Below are positions 30,725 to 46,400 of a stretch of 64,000 bases of DNA, one piece after another. The translations under genes were made by a program, and so were the position numbers. Source of the stretch: the human T2T-CHM13v2.0 reference genome, Homo sapiens. The stretch is taken from assembly GCF_009914755.1 (NCBI RefSeq), contig NC_060929.1, one strand, 5' to 3'. Within the stretch, counting starts at the first letter, position 1, and every line of letters starts with the position of its first letter. A model generated the notes under the pieces. That model saw only the letters and a program-made list of their open reading frames with translations, searched no databases and was not told the DNA's origin.

Positions 30725-31108
30725 TGACATGGTTTGGCTTTGTGTCCCCACCCAAATCTCCTGTTGAATTGTAATCTCCAATGTTGGGGGAGTGATCTGG
30801 TGGGAGGTGATTGGCTCATGAGGGAAGATTTCCCCTCTTGCTGTTCTCGTGATAGTGAGTTCTCATGATATCTGGTTGTTTGAAAGTGGGTACCACTTCC
30901 CCCTTTGCTCTTTCTGTTTTCTACTCTGCCATGTGAAGATTGTGCCTGCTTCCCCTTCGCCTCTCGCCATGATTGCAAGTTTCCTGAGACCTCCCCAGCC
31001 ATGCCTCCTGTACAGCCTGTGAAACTGTGAGTCTGTTAAAGCTCTTACCTTTATAAATTACCCAGTCTCAGGTAGTTCTTTATAGCAATGTGAAAACGGA
31101 CTAATACA
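30725..31108 (+). mobile_element. MSTA (ERVL-MaLR) solo LTR
   Basis: tgacatggtttggctttgtgtccccacccaaatctc...ggactaataca. Perfect 5-bp TSD aaagt at 30720-30724 and 31109-31113. Confidence 0.95.
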
Positions 31109-32569
31109 AAAGTCAAACTCGTGTTCCTTGTTTTAAGTCTACTGTGGACTCTGGCTGAACTGTTAGGGAGGCAGGGCAAGAGAACAGAACACATCTAACA
31201 GAAGGGCCAGTAAATGTTAACTTTTTTCCACTGACACAGAAAATAATGAAATTTTAAAGCAGAGTAAAATGAAATGTAACAAGAAGAAAAATGATGTACA
31301 GTTTCTAATGACCTTCTATAAACTATTAAAATAATAAAATGTAGCGAATTGTTCACAACGTCCAAATACTTTCAACATAGAGTTTATTTTACTAGGAGGA
31401 AATCTTTTTTTAACAAATTGCATTATTTAGCTTGTGAATCTCCAGAGGATATGACCAACACTCAGGTGGGGGTGGGGTTAGTGATAATCAAGTGCTCTCC
31501 ATGTTGCCATTCTAACATTCTGAGGCATTTAGCCACTTTTGTAAGTACATTAACCTCTCAGGCCACCCGGTTGTCATCAGAAAACAAGGCCAAAGAGCTT
31601 TATGAGTGTCTAGGTCCAAAAACAGAGCCAAGCTGCTCCTGTTATATTTAGAAAAAGAGCAATTCCCCAAAATCCAGTTAGGACAACTGGGAGGATGGGT
31701 CCAGTTCCACCTTGGTCTGGTTGGGAAGGTGAGCAGGGGCCAGCCAAACATCTGAACTTGGAGTTACTGAGTAGGGATGCAAATTGTTCCTCTTAAGTAA
31801 CTAATGTATTTTTCTCTTGTGCATTATTATAGGTGAGAATTTTACTTCACGTAAAAACTTAGAACTTTGTAGATCATTAAAAACAATTTATAAATGAAGA
31901 TGCAATAGGATGCTTATGACCTTCTGTGTATCCTACCTGAATAATTACAGTCTTTTCTGAAAATTTAAATAATAAGCAGTTGAAAGGATACTTAGAATAA
32001 CTAGACCAGAAAACTGTGTCAAAAATCATTTGCTAGAAGTTAGACAATATTCTTGAAGGGGTTTCCTGAGCTCAGCATTTGTTTCATAACAGTAGACATT
32101 TCACATTATGAAAGATAAAACAAAAGACAAGTAAAAAAACCTTAAAAACAGGAGGCATGTTAAAACTGATGATTTCATCTAGAAAATGTCTTTAAGTAAT
32201 TTCAAAGCTGACATTCTCAATTGGTAATTTTTAATTTACTTTACATGTAGAAGGCTCTCACCATTTGTTGACTTACAATGAAAAAGTCAGCCCTTATATT
32301 CAATATAGGATGGACTCTTATGGAAAGAGTCATTTGTTCAGAAGTTCTTTTTCTTCAGCTTTGAAATCCCATGTCTGGATTGAACATTTTGCCTTGAATC
32401 ATTATGATGTTTGGGAGACTTGAACACATGGGACTATAGCCAAACTGAACACTAAAGAGAAAATAACAGGAAGGAGCAAGGAAAAAAAATTACTTTTATA
32501 TCTTGAGTTTTTTATTGTTTCATTTCATACTTTATTGGAAATAGGAATTGACTTAGGGAATATAAATAC

Positions 32570-33640
32570 ATTTTTAAATTTTGTTTATTGAAATAAAATA
32601 TATGCGTAATAAAGTGCACATAATTATGCATCCTGATGATTTTTTGCAAGTCAAATTTACCATTGTAATCAGACGTAGATTAAAAACCTACCTGATTTCC
32701 TCTCTGCCCCACGACCACTAGCCTGATCTCTGATGCCATAAATTAATTGTGTTTGCTTTTGTATTTTGAGGCAATGTAATAATACTTATTTTTTTCTGGC
32801 TTTTTTGTGAAAAATTAGATTTGTGAAATTCTTTCATATTCTTTTTGCTTTAGATCATTTATTCTCATTCCTGGAGACTATTCCATTATACTCTAGATTA
32901 GTTATTTTGGTGGTTTCCAATTTCTTGCTATTGTAATTAATGCAGCTATTAAGATTCTAGTCAATGTCTTTTGGTAAATATTTGGGTACACTTCTGTTAG
33001 GAATATACCTAGAAGTTCAATTGCTGTGGAATATGGTAGATGTATGTTTACATTTATGAAAACTTCCAAAAAGTTTTTCTATTTTACTAAGTTACACTTC
33101 TATGGTGTAACTTGTTCAACATCTTCACCAAATACTTGAGACATTCTACCTTTTTAATTTTAACTGTTCTGGTAAGTGTGCAGTTGGTACTGCATTGTGT
33201 TTCTAATTTCCACTTCCAGAATAACTAATGAAGTTGAGCACCATTTCTGAGGTTTATTAGCAATTCTGACTGTGTGTGTGTGTCTGTGTGTTGTGTGTAG
33301 TGTCTGGTCAAGATGTCTGTCCACTTACTATTCAATTGTCTTTTTCTTAATGAATTGTATGATGCCTTTTTATTATCTGGATCTACATCTTTTGTCAGTT
33401 ATATATATCATGAAGTGCTGTCACCCCTGCATTGCTTTTTCATTCATATGCTGAAGTATTTTGAAGAACAGAAGTTCTTATGCTTAATATAGTCCAATTT
33501 ATGCACTTTTTCTTCTCTGGTTAGAGTTTTGTGACCTGTTTACGAAATACCTGCTCACTTGAAGGCCATGAAGTTGATTTCTTCTAACTGTTGTATTACT
33601 TTAATTTTCAGACTTCGATCTAAGTTACCATCGAAATTCT
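32570..33640 (-). mobile_element. Old mammalian L1M (MC/ME-type) 3' fragment
   Basis: tttattgaaataaaatat...aaagtgcaca; ggaatatacctagaagt...ttgctg; aactaatgaagttgagcacc; gaacagaagttctt are L1 antisense motifs. Confidence 0.75.
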
Positions 33641-33986
33641 CTTTTCTAAAAAAGGGAAATTCCCCTTCTAGTATTTAGTAACTCAAGTTTATGCACACAC
33701 ACATTCATTCTCATAACAAAAGTTTTTACAGCAAATCTACATTTAATTTGTAGTTTAATAACATGTACCTCTTTCTTTGGCATTATTGTGCATTTAGTAA
33801 TTGTGCAATTTGTATGAATGTAGTATAGAAAAGAAAAAATAAGTATACCCCACCTCAGCTCTATTTTAAGAAGCATCAATGAAAATACAACTCACTAAGA
33901 TTTCCTGTTAAATATCACCTAATATGAAAAACAACACAGCATTGCCATGATCTCTTAAACCTTTTAATTAAGTTACCATATTTTGA

Positions 33987-34416
<430 letters not shown>

Positions 34417-34556
34417 TAAAAAATCAATTATTATTTTACATCAATTCAGACACTGAGATATTTTTAAAGTTTGAAAGTAAAGAAGGAGCTAAATTTTGGT
34501 TAATATAGCAACAGCTCTTCCCTTAAGAGAGAGCTATTTTCTACATTACTTGTATA

Positions 34557-34625
34557 TCTGTGTGTGTATTTGTGTATATGTATGTGATGTACATACACAT
34601 AGACACACAAAAATTTATGTGTGTA

Positions 34626-34672
<47 letters not shown>

Positions 34673-34690
34673 GCCCAGAAATATACATAT
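34557..34690. repeat. (TG)n/(TA)n compound microsatellite
   Basis: gtgtgtgt...atatatat. Confidence 0.9.
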
Positions 34691-35236
34691 AGCAATAAAC
34701 TTTCCCATTAAATTTTTTAAAATCATCAAATAACAATTTTGTTATTTCTACTCCTGGGAAGGGAAACATCAGATACAGCAATCATATTGGAACTTACTTA
34801 AGGTTTCTTATTAGTGCACTTCTGATAAAAGAGAAATTAAGAACTAATTTGAGAAACATCATTCTCCTTTACTGTCATTAGCTTTAATTTATTTCCTTTC
34901 TTTTTTATGTCAAGCAAATGTCAAGTGGTCCTAATTACATGATAAAATAGAAATTCTAAACAATGACCACTCAAAATCATGCTATTGTGCATAATTCTTA
35001 TAAGAGGTTTTGTGACTACCTTTCCCTGAGGAAGAGCAGGAAAATATGAAAGAGAGAAAAGAGAATGAGAGCACAAGCGTGAGAAAGATGGCTTTCTCCA
35101 TCTATAAAATACCTTATTAATTTTGAATTTTATATTCTTAATAGTTCAGATTGCTTTATAAATATTACATACTATGATTTCTCTGATATACTATAAGAAT
35201 AAAATGGTATGTTATGTTTTAGAAAACTTTCTCTAA

Positions 35237-35572
<336 letters not shown>

Positions 35573-36109
35573 TAAATATTTAGTAACATGACAGAAGGTA
35601 GAATGGTAATTTCTTTCAATTTGATTTTTTTCATTTTCATGATGAAGAAAGTCAATCTCAAAGCAATTAAGTAGTTTGCTCAATACAATATAGGGCTTCC
35701 AAATGTCACAATCACTTACATATCAAATAAACTTATGACTCAATATCCTCTGCAGGACCTAACACAATAGACATTCAATCATGAGTTATGACTGCATTGT
35801 TCTCCATCATGACTAGCACAGTGGCTGGCATTAAAAAGGCATTTAGCATTTATTTATATTAACAACTTCCTTAATAATGTTGATGAATATCAGTAGATGG
35901 TCATAAAGTACCTATACAACTTTATCCAGGATTGGAGACAGCTTTTGTTAGTTAAGAAACCATTTGTGAAGCCATCTTTAAGAAAAAGTATACAAAATTA
36001 GTAAATTTGAAACAACTTTCAATATTTATTTTGAAAGAGAAAATCAAGTCTTTATACAAAAATTTTAAAGAAGTATATTAGTATTCCATTGCTGGTATAC
36101 TTAAAGAAG

Positions 36110-36594
36110 TATATTAGTATTCCATTGCTGCTATAACAAATTACTTCAAACTTATTGGCATAAAACAATTAAAATTTATTATCTTATAGTTCTAGAGGCC
36201 AAAAGTCCTAAACAAGTTTCTCACTTAAGTTAAGGTATGGGCAGGGCCATGATGTAAGAGAAAATCAGTTTCCTTACATTTTCCAGATTCTAGAAGGGCA
36301 TTCTTTGCATTTTTTGACCTGTATTTCCTTCCTTCATCCTCAAAGCCAACAGCATAACAGGGTATTTGAGTCATTACTTACTCCTTTTTCTGTGTCAAAT
36401 TTCACTCTGCCTCTCTCCTACAGACATTTGTGATGCATTCAGAGCTTGCCTGGATAAGCCAGGATATTTTCCCATTTCAAATATCCTTAATTTAATCACA
36501 TCCGCAAAGTTTCTATTGCCATATGACGTAAGATTCACAGGCTCCAGCGATCCAGACCCAGATGTCTTTTGGGGTCATATTCAGCCTATCAAAC
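36110..36594 (-). mobile_element. MLT1C/D (ERVL-MaLR) LTR
   Basis: tatattagtattccattgctgctataacaaattac...tttattatcttatagttctagagg...ccttaatttaatcacatccgcaaagt...tctttttggggtcatattcagcctatca. Confidence 0.8.
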
Positions 36595-36989
36595 AGACAA
36601 ATTTAAATTATCATGAAAGTTTTGGAAAATACTGTAATATTTGCATGAATTCCCTTTCACACCACTGTAACCTTTCCTGCATTTTTCGTCTGCATGCTGT
36701 TTGATTGAATCTTCATATGACAGCAATTCTATATTTTTGTCCATTTAGAGAATACACAGATGCCTCAATCTTTCCTCCAGTATAGTTAATCAAAATATGT
36801 TTCTTTTTGTTTATTATCACCACTTGTTGGGATGCCTAAAGCATGTGACACCACACACGGAAGTATGCACTATTTTTAGTACAGATTCAGGGTTGTGCCT
36901 TAAATACACAGTAATTCCAGTAGATGATATTTTGAACAATTTCTTTCAAAACATATGCATCAATTATAATTGTATACTCTGAAGGAAGG

Positions 36990-37940
36990 AACTTCTGTTT
37001 TGACCAGGTGTTGATAAGGACCAAATTTTATACATTTGATTTTGGGAAACATTTTGCACAAAGCTTCTGGCTTCATTCAGTTATCTTCTACTACTGCATA
37101 CTTCCTGTGCCAAGCACCACAGGACACATTCATACTACAATACAACCTAGCCCTTTGTGACGTGATGCAATGCTACACAGTCAACACTATCAGCAGTAGA
37201 AGTATTTCCAGACCCCACTCCTGCACTAGGCAACTAACGATAACATAGACATATATAAAAGAAATGTGAGCCATGTAACTATATCCTCTTAAACTCAATG
37301 CAAATATATTCCCAAATCAACTTTCCCTTAGTTGAATCCAAGAAATTTTATTGGTGCCATTGTTGACAGAGCAAGGGCATCACCATCTTGGACAAACACG
37401 CCATTTTAAGTTCCCCTTTATTAAAAGCCACCTAAATGCAGCCTCCAAGCAGCCTAATGACTAATGTCAGCATAACCATAAACCACAAGTGACACCTCTG
37501 ACCAAAAACATGCTAACCCTAAGATAACCTCCCCTCCAACCAGAGACATTCCAACTCTGCAGTAAAACTCTCCTTCACACAGAAGAATTCCGAGCCTACG
37601 ATAAGCTCTCCCTCCCTAAACCCTTAAATACCCTAAGTCTGTAACAGGGAATACTTCTGACCGAGTTAGGCCAGAAGCCCCTCTCATGTTTGTTCTCCAA
37701 AATAAACCTGTCTTTGACTGTTGAGCCACTTTTCGTGTTTCTTTCTTCTTTCTTCAACTCTTACAATTATCATCACCATGACACAGCATTTTTGCTGTGT
37801 CACATAAATATGACACATATTTATGGTTAAACTATCTTACTTTAATGAAATATACAAAAATTTCTCCCAGGACCTTGAAAGAAACCATGAAATAAGGAGC
37901 CCAGAGGCTCAGAAATTTTGCCTTCCTCAACTTATAGGAA
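36990..37940. mobile_element. Possible hAT-Tip100 fossil (Zaphod/MER115-like), interrupted by an LTR
   Basis: Resemblance to the recalled consensus (caggaccttgaaag...ggagcccagaggct near the right end). Weak. Confidence 0.35.
37364..37765 (+). mobile_element. LTR47-like solo LTR
   Basis: tgacagagcaagggcatcaccatcttggacaa ... aataaacctgtctttgactgttgagcc...ctcttaca. TG..CA ends; near-TSD attgt/attat. Confidence 0.75.
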
Positions 37941-38459
37941 CTTCTTTCTACATACTACTAACAAATTAGGTTGATAATACATACAACCTCAGTACCCTAA
38001 AAAACACACTTAAATATTGTTTTATTTTAATGGCCTCATTATTTCCTACCAAACTCTGTGAATGTAGCACATGTGAACCTCACTCATCTCAACTTCCGTC
38101 TACTTCTTGATTATTTTATGATCCTTTCAAGTTCTTTTAGCTAGCCTCATTAATTTGAAATAACTGGAAAGAAAGGTCTCCTTGAATTAGTGAGTTATAT
38201 GAGCTATAGAGTTTTCCTAAGGAAGCATAAATTTAGTACTTTAAGTAGCTGCAGTAACAGAAAATAGCTTAACCAAATACTATTACCCAGAGCACCTACT
38301 GGGACATATTTTACCAAAGAGATGGAAAACATTTAAAAGGAGCATATTCTTGTTTTGTATAAGTTTTAGGTATCTACAAGTAGATAAAATAACTGATCAT
38401 CCTTTTATGTTAATTAGGCATTTTCCCTACAGTATTTCACATCACTATAAGGCTTTGAT

Positions 38460-38788
38460 TAATCTGGCCAAAATATCCATGAACTTGACTTAACCAAAAT
38501 GTAGTCAGGCTTTTGTCTCTGACTACACAAGGTCTCTGACTTTCTCCCATCCTGTGCTAATGCAAGCATTGGAATAGGTTGAATAACTCAATAACATCGC
38601 ATTGATACCCAACTTCACCCACAATCTGTTCTTTTCAGCTTTATTTATTCTTTTCTATAAGAGAAATTCCATTTTGTTGGCCTTTTGGGTTTCTAATAGT
38701 TTTTGTAGTCCAGTCAGAGCATTCTCCCTATTGCAATAATCTTTTCAAATAGTCTCTTCGCTTTGCCTGTATTTGTTTTTATTTGATA
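38460..38788 (+). mobile_element. Old ERV1 LTR fragment (MER89/MER90/MER110-like)
   Basis: gtcagagcattctccctattgcaata...atttgtttttatttgata 3' end motif. Confidence 0.4.
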
Positions 38789-39614
38789 CCTTGTTAAGTT
38801 GTCCATGAACTTTTCTCATGAAGTTTAAAATCCTGGTTATCTCCAGTCCACATGAGCACATATTCAATATTGTTCATTTTCAAATCAATGAAATTTAATT
38901 TCTTTATATTCTGAAACATATACTTACTTGATTTATTGGGGTACATTTCACATAAAATTTGCCATTTAAAATAAGTGTATAATTCAGTGTCTTTTAGTAC
39001 ATTCACAATGTTGTACAACCACCAAGTCTTTCTAATTCCAGCATATTTCTATCATCCTGAAAAGAGACCCCTTACCCATTCACTAGTCCCTCTGCATTTC
39101 CTTCACCTTCCAATCTCTGGCACCATTAATCTGTTTTCTGTCTCCATGTACTTGTCTATTTTGGAGATTTTATATAAGTGGAATAATACAGCATGTGGCC
39201 TTTTGTGTCTAGCTTCTTTTACTCAATGTTTCAAGGCCCATCCCTGCCATAGCATGTATCAGTGCTTCATCCTTTTTTAAAATGGTTGAACAATATTCCA
39301 TTGTATGGATATATCACATATTATTTATCCATCATAAGTAGATGGATATTTGTTTTCTTTTATATCTGTTGGCTATTTTAAACACTATTGATATGAACAT
39401 ACATGCATAAGTTTTTGTTTTAACACACATTTTCTATTATCTTAGATTTAAACCTAAGAGTGTAATTGCTGGGTCATAAGGTAACTCTATATTTAACTAT
39501 TTGAAAAGCAGCCAAACTGTTTCCCACATCAAAGAATGACTGATTCATTCTTTATTTCCAGCAGTAATGTGTGAAGATTAGTAATTCCCCACACGCTTGT
39601 CAACATTTGTTATT

Positions 39615-40102
<488 letters not shown>

Positions 40103-40610
40103 TAAATTTGGCTGTTTTTTCTTTTCCTTATTCTGTTTAAAGTGTCCTTTATATATTCTGGATATTAGACTCATCAGACACACAATTTGTAAATACTGTG
40201 TTCTATTCTATGGGTTGATCAGTCACTTTCTTGATGGTGTACATAGATGTACAAATTTGTTTTTTAGTTTGAGGATATACATTTTATTGTATTTTTGCTT
40301 TTTTTGGCCTGTGCTTTTAATGGCATATCTGAAATTCACTAAAAACACTGAGGTCTTGAACATTTACAGCTGCATACCAGGTATGTATCTTTTGCATGTG
40401 TAACTACATTTTTTTTTCCCCAAAATCCTATGAATGATCTTGAAAGCTTTGTCAAAAATCAAATACTCATATATGTCTGAGTTCATTTCTGGAAACTCAA
40501 ATCTATTCTATTGGTTCATATATCTATTATTTGCGAAGTGTCATATTAATTTAGATACAGTAGATTTGTAGTAAGTTAAAATTGGGAGAGATGAGTCCTC
40601 TAACTTTATT

Positions 40611-40924
40611 CTTTTTCTTTCTTTCTTTTATTTTATTTATTTATTTTTTTGAGACAGGGTCTGACTCTGTCACTCAGGCTGGAGTGCAGTAGCACAATCT
40701 CAGCTCACTGATGATCTTTGGCTCAAGCAATTCTCCTGCCTCAGCCTCCTGAGTAGCTGGAACTAGAGGCATGCACCACCACTCCTGGCTAATTTTTGTA
40801 TTTTTTGTAGAGACAAGTTTTTGCTCTATTGCCTGGGCTTGTCTCAAACTCCTGAGCTCAGGAATTCCACCCTCATTGCCTTCCCAAAGTTCTGGGAGTA
40901 GGGGTATGAGCAACCGTGCCAATC
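40611..40924 (-). mobile_element. AluJ
   Basis: gagacagggtct, ggctcaagcaattc, ctcctgagctca are J-type features; strongly diverged. Confidence 0.9.
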
Positions 40925-42046
40925 TTGCTTCTCTTTTTCCAGTTTGTTTTAGCTATTTAGGATATCTTGCCATGCCATATAAATTTTAAGATCCGTTTCC
41001 CCATTTTTTTTCAAAAAAGGCAGTTGAAACTTTGATAAGAATTGCATCAAACTGTCTATTCGGGGACTATTGTTTCTTAGTAATATTATGCGTTTGAATA
41101 CATTAACAGATAACATTTTCATTAATTGGTGTAATTTTTAATTTCTTTCAACGTTTTGTACTTTTCAGCGTAGAAGCCCTACACCTCGTTGGATAGATTG
41201 ATTTCTAAGTAGTGAACTATTTTTGATACTAATATTAATAGAACTGTTTTATTTTAATAATTTTAAATTTTCAAATTTTTACTGCTGATACGTAGAGATA
41301 CAACTGATTCTGATATTATACTCTTATATCCCACAACTTTACTCAATTTACTTAGTTGTTGTAACATAATTTTCAGGGTTTTTTTTGTGTTTATTTGTGA
41401 GGTTTTCTGCCTTTTTTGTTTGTTTTTCTTTGGTGTATTGAATTCGTAGGTATTCATACATACAAAATTACATCATCTACGAATAGAAGTAATTTTATTC
41501 TTCCTTTCCATCTTGGGTAACTTCCATTTCTTTTTCTTGCCTAAATGTTCGAGCTAAAACTCCCAGATTGATGTGAAATGGAAGTGGCAAGAACATACAT
41601 TTTTGTTTTCTTCTTGATCTTAGGGGAAAAATTTCAGTAGTTCACTGTTAAGTTAATGTTATCTCTAGAGTTTTCATAGATGTCTTTTATCAGCTTCATA
41701 ACATTCCCTTGCATTCATGGTGTTTTGAGTGTTTTATCATGAAAATATTGTGGATATTTTTCAAACACTTTTTTAAATCAATTGTGGTGTTTTCTTTTTC
41801 TTCATTGCATTAGTATGGTTTGATGAACTGATTGATTTTTGTATGTTACACAAAAGTTAAATCCCTGGGATAAAGAAAGCCTCCTTTGTCATTGAGCATA
41901 ATCCATTTAATATGTTACGAATATTTGTTTGCTAGTATTTTGTTGAGGATTTTTGCATCTGTATTCACAAGGTATTTGTCTTTACCTTTCTTTTCTTGTA
42001 ATGTTTTGCATGTTTTCAAATTTTTATTATTTTAAAAATTATTATT

Positions 42047-42522
<476 letters not shown>

Positions 42523-42583
42523 GTATGATCTTGACGTCAGGGTAATATTGACCTCATATAATGAGTTAGAATGTGTTCGCTTA

Positions 42584-42941
42584 TGTATTAGTCCATTTTC
42601 ATGCTGCTATAAAGAAATAGCCAGAACTGGGTAATTATAAAGAAAAGAGGTTTAATTGACTCACAGTTCCACATGGCTAGGGAGGCCTAGGAAACTTACA
42701 ATCATGGCAAAAGGCACCTACTCACAGGGCAGCAAGAGAGAATGAGTGCCCGGGGAAAGGCCAGATGCTTATAAAACCATCAGATTTCATGAGAACTCAC
42801 TCACTGTCACAAGAACAGCATGGGAGGAAACTGCCCCCATGATTCAATTACCTCCCACTTGTTCCCTCCCACAACACTTGGGGATTATGGGAACTACAAT
42901 TAAAGTTGAGATTTGGGTGGGGACACAACAAAATCATATCA
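42584..42941 (-). mobile_element. THE1C-like (ERVL-MaLR) solo LTR
   Basis: tgtattagtccattttcatgctgct...aaggcacctactcacagggcagc...gatttgggtggggacacaacaaaatcatatca. Confidence 0.92.
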
Positions 42942-43032
42942 CCTGCTTTTGTTTTTTGAAATAATTTAGGAATTGAAATTAATTATTTCTTAAATGTTTA
43001 ATAGATTAACCGGTAAAATCATCTGGTCTTGG

Positions 43033-43427
43033 GCTTTTTTAATGGAAAGTTTTGATTACTGATTCAATCTGTTTACTCTATGGGTCGATTCAGATTATTT
43101 GTTTATTCCTCAGTCAGTTTTTGTAGTTTGTATGTTTATAGACATTTCTTCATTTCACCTAGGTTATTCCATTTGTTCTTATATGATTATTCACAGTATT
43201 CTCTAATAATCCTTTTTTTTTTTGCTTTTTTAATTGGAAGTTTTGATTACTGATTCAATCTCTTTACTCTATGGGTTGATTCAGATTATCTGTTTATTCC
43301 TCAGTCGGTTTTTGTAGTTTGTATGTTTATAGAAATTTCTTCATTTCACTTAGGTTATTCTATTTGTTCTCATAAAATTATTCACAGTATTCTCTAATAA
43401 TCTTTTATTTTTAATTTTTTTGCTTTT
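43033..43427 (+). repeat. Tandem duplication, 191-bp period, inside L1M
   Basis: Copies start at 43033 and 43224 (gcttttttaat..aagttttgattactgattcaatc...). Confidence 0.95.
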
Positions 43428-46400
43428 GTGAGGTCAGTAGTAATGTCCCAACTATCTTTCCTAGTTTTAGTAATTTGGATTTTCTCTCCCCTACTTCCTG
43501 CCTTGATGAATCTATCTAAAGGCTTATCAATTTTGTTGAAATATTCAAATAATTAAGTTTTGGTTTTATTGATTATCTCAATTACTTTTCTAGTCTATAT
43601 TCTATTTATCACTGCTGTAATATTTCTTATTTACTTCCATCTGCTTGCTGTAAGTTTAATTATTTTTCTTTCTGTACTTCCTTAAGGGGGAAAATTAGGT
43701 TATTTATTTGAAATATTTCTTTATTTTTAATGTAGATGTTTGTAGCTGAAAGTTCCTCTCTGAGCACTCTGTTAGCATCCTATAAAATGTATGTTGTGTA
43801 TTCATTTTCATTCATTTCAAAGTATTTTCTAATTTCCAATGTGATTTTTTCTTTGGCCTGCTGGTTGTTGTAAAAGTGTTAATTTCCATATGTAAAATTT
43901 CCAGATTTCCTTCCATTATTAATTTTTGTTTTCATTTATTATAGTCTGAAAAGATACTTTGTATGATTTTAATATTATAAAATGTATTGAGAATTGTTTG
44001 TGGCTTAACATATGGCCTATCCTGGACATTGCTACATATACAGTTGATAAGAATGTATATCCTGCAGTTATTAAATGAAGGGTTCTATATGTGTCTGTTA
44101 AGTCTAGGTATAGATGTTTCATAGCATGTTCAAGTCTTCTATTTCTTTATCTTTTGACTATCATTCTATCGACTATTGAAAGTGAATGCTATAGCCTCTA
44201 CTATTGTTGTTGAACTGCCTATTTCTTTCCTTAATTTTGTCACTTTTTGTTTCATATATTCTGGATCTCTGTTATTAAGTGCATATATGTTTTATAATTG
44301 TTACATTTTCTTGATAAATTGACCCTTGCCATCATTACATAATGCCCTTCTTTGTATCTTGTAACAATTTTTGTCTTAAAACCTGTTTTATATAATATTA
44401 ATATAGCTATTCCATTTCTCCTTTGGTTACTGTTTGCATAGAATATCTTTGTTCCTCCTGTTCTTTAACTTTCAACCTACGTGTGTCTTTGGTTTTAAAG
44501 TAATTCTCTTGTAAACAGCATACAGCTTGATCATGTTTTTGCCCTGCCGATTATGACAATCTGTCTTTTAATCCAGAATTTAATGTAATTATAGTTAATG
44601 TAATTACTTGTAGGAAAGGACTTATTTATGCCATTTTGCCATTTGTGTTCAATATGTTGTATCTTTTTGTTCTGCAATTGTTTCATTGCAGGCTCCTTTT
44701 TGTGTTAAATAGATATTCTCTATGTACTATTTTAATTCCCTTCTTGGTTCTCTTTTTATACATATTTTTAGTAATTTCCTTAGTATTTACCTTGCAAATT
44801 ACAAGTAAAATCTTAATTTATGGAAGTCAAGCTTGAATTACCAACTTAGTTTTGATATTATGTAGCTCCTATTAGCTATGCCTGCCTTCATGTTGTTATT
44901 GTCAAAATTGCATCTTTTAAAATTGCCTCAATATAGTTTCATAATTTTTTGAGTAGTTGTCTTTCAAATAATATAGAAAAAGACGAGTTACAATCCAAAA
45001 ATAGTATAGAACTTGATGTTTACATTCATCTATGTGGTTACCTTTACTAGGGCTCTGTATTTTTCACGAGAATTTGAATTATTCCCTAGAGTTACTTAAT
45101 TTAAGCCAGAGAGACTTTCCTGTTGTGCAGGTCTGCTAGCAACAAACTCCTAGTTTTTCCTAATTTTAGTAATTTGGATTTTCTCTCTCCTATTTCCTGC
45201 TTTGATGAGCCTATCTGAAGGCTTATCAATTTTGTTTTCTTAGCATATGTTGATATGCTTGATGATGATACACAGATCCCTCAAGTTTCATTAATTTATC
45301 TTTTTTTTCTTTCTTCTTCTCAGCCAGGGTAATCTCAATAAACCTCTCCTTAAGAAAAATGATAATTTCTACTGCTTGCTCAAATCAGTGTCTATACTTC
45401 TGTAGTTTATTTCCTTTTTTTATTTTTTGCCCTTTTCAACTTAAGAGTTTCTATTTAATTCTAAATACATTTTCCTCATGGGTTCTTTTAGTACTTTGTA
45501 CAAGATATTCTTTAGTTCTTTGAGCATATTTTAAATCTTTGACTTAATGTTTTTGTCTGAGTCCAATGTCTGGACTTCTTCAGAAATAGTTTTTATTGAT
45601 TTCTTTTTTTTTCTGTTAATGGGTCATACTTTTTTATTTCTTTGGATACCTTATAAGATTTTTTGTTAAAAGCTGAACATTTTGAATTATATAATGTGAT
45701 AATTATAGAAATCAGACTCTCCCCTCTCATGAAGATTTGCTGTATTTTTCTGTTATAGTTGTTTTTGTTTAAAAAAATAGCTCAGCAAATTAAACAGTCT
45801 ATATTTGTTGTTATGTGTGGACTCTGAAGTCTCTGTTCCATTAACTGAGTGATCAGATAGTGACTCGACGGAAGTTTCCTTAAACACCTGGAACCAAGAA
45901 ACAATTCACAGTCTTTGAAGATGGATGGCATATGTATTGGAGTACACCTTCAATACTTAGGAGTTTATAACTCTGTTTTGGTTTTTGGTCTCCATTTCCT
46001 GCTGACCCAGAACCTGAAGGTCAACAAGAGGTTTTTTCTTTTTCAGATTCTTTCTGAGTGTGCACAAAGCTGCAAGATGTACATGGCTTCTAGATTGCCA
46101 AGATTATTTTAGAGTGTTTAAAAATCCTTATTCACCAAAGCATCTCATTCCCCAGACCTTCTCCAAGATTTCAGTTTGTCTATTATTTGTCCTAACTTTA
46201 ATCCCTGTTCCAGGCAGAAGCAGGTCATGAATTTGGCTTTAGATGTTTTCAACACATGACCCCTGGGTAGCCTCCTTGGCCCTTGAAGTGTTGTTGCATG
46301 TCAGGCAAAGTAGAGGGAAGTCACTTGAGTGGGTCCTTCAGAAAGCTACCAGAGAGGTTAAAATAAAAATTATTTGAGAACAAGATTCATTCTGCTTGTA

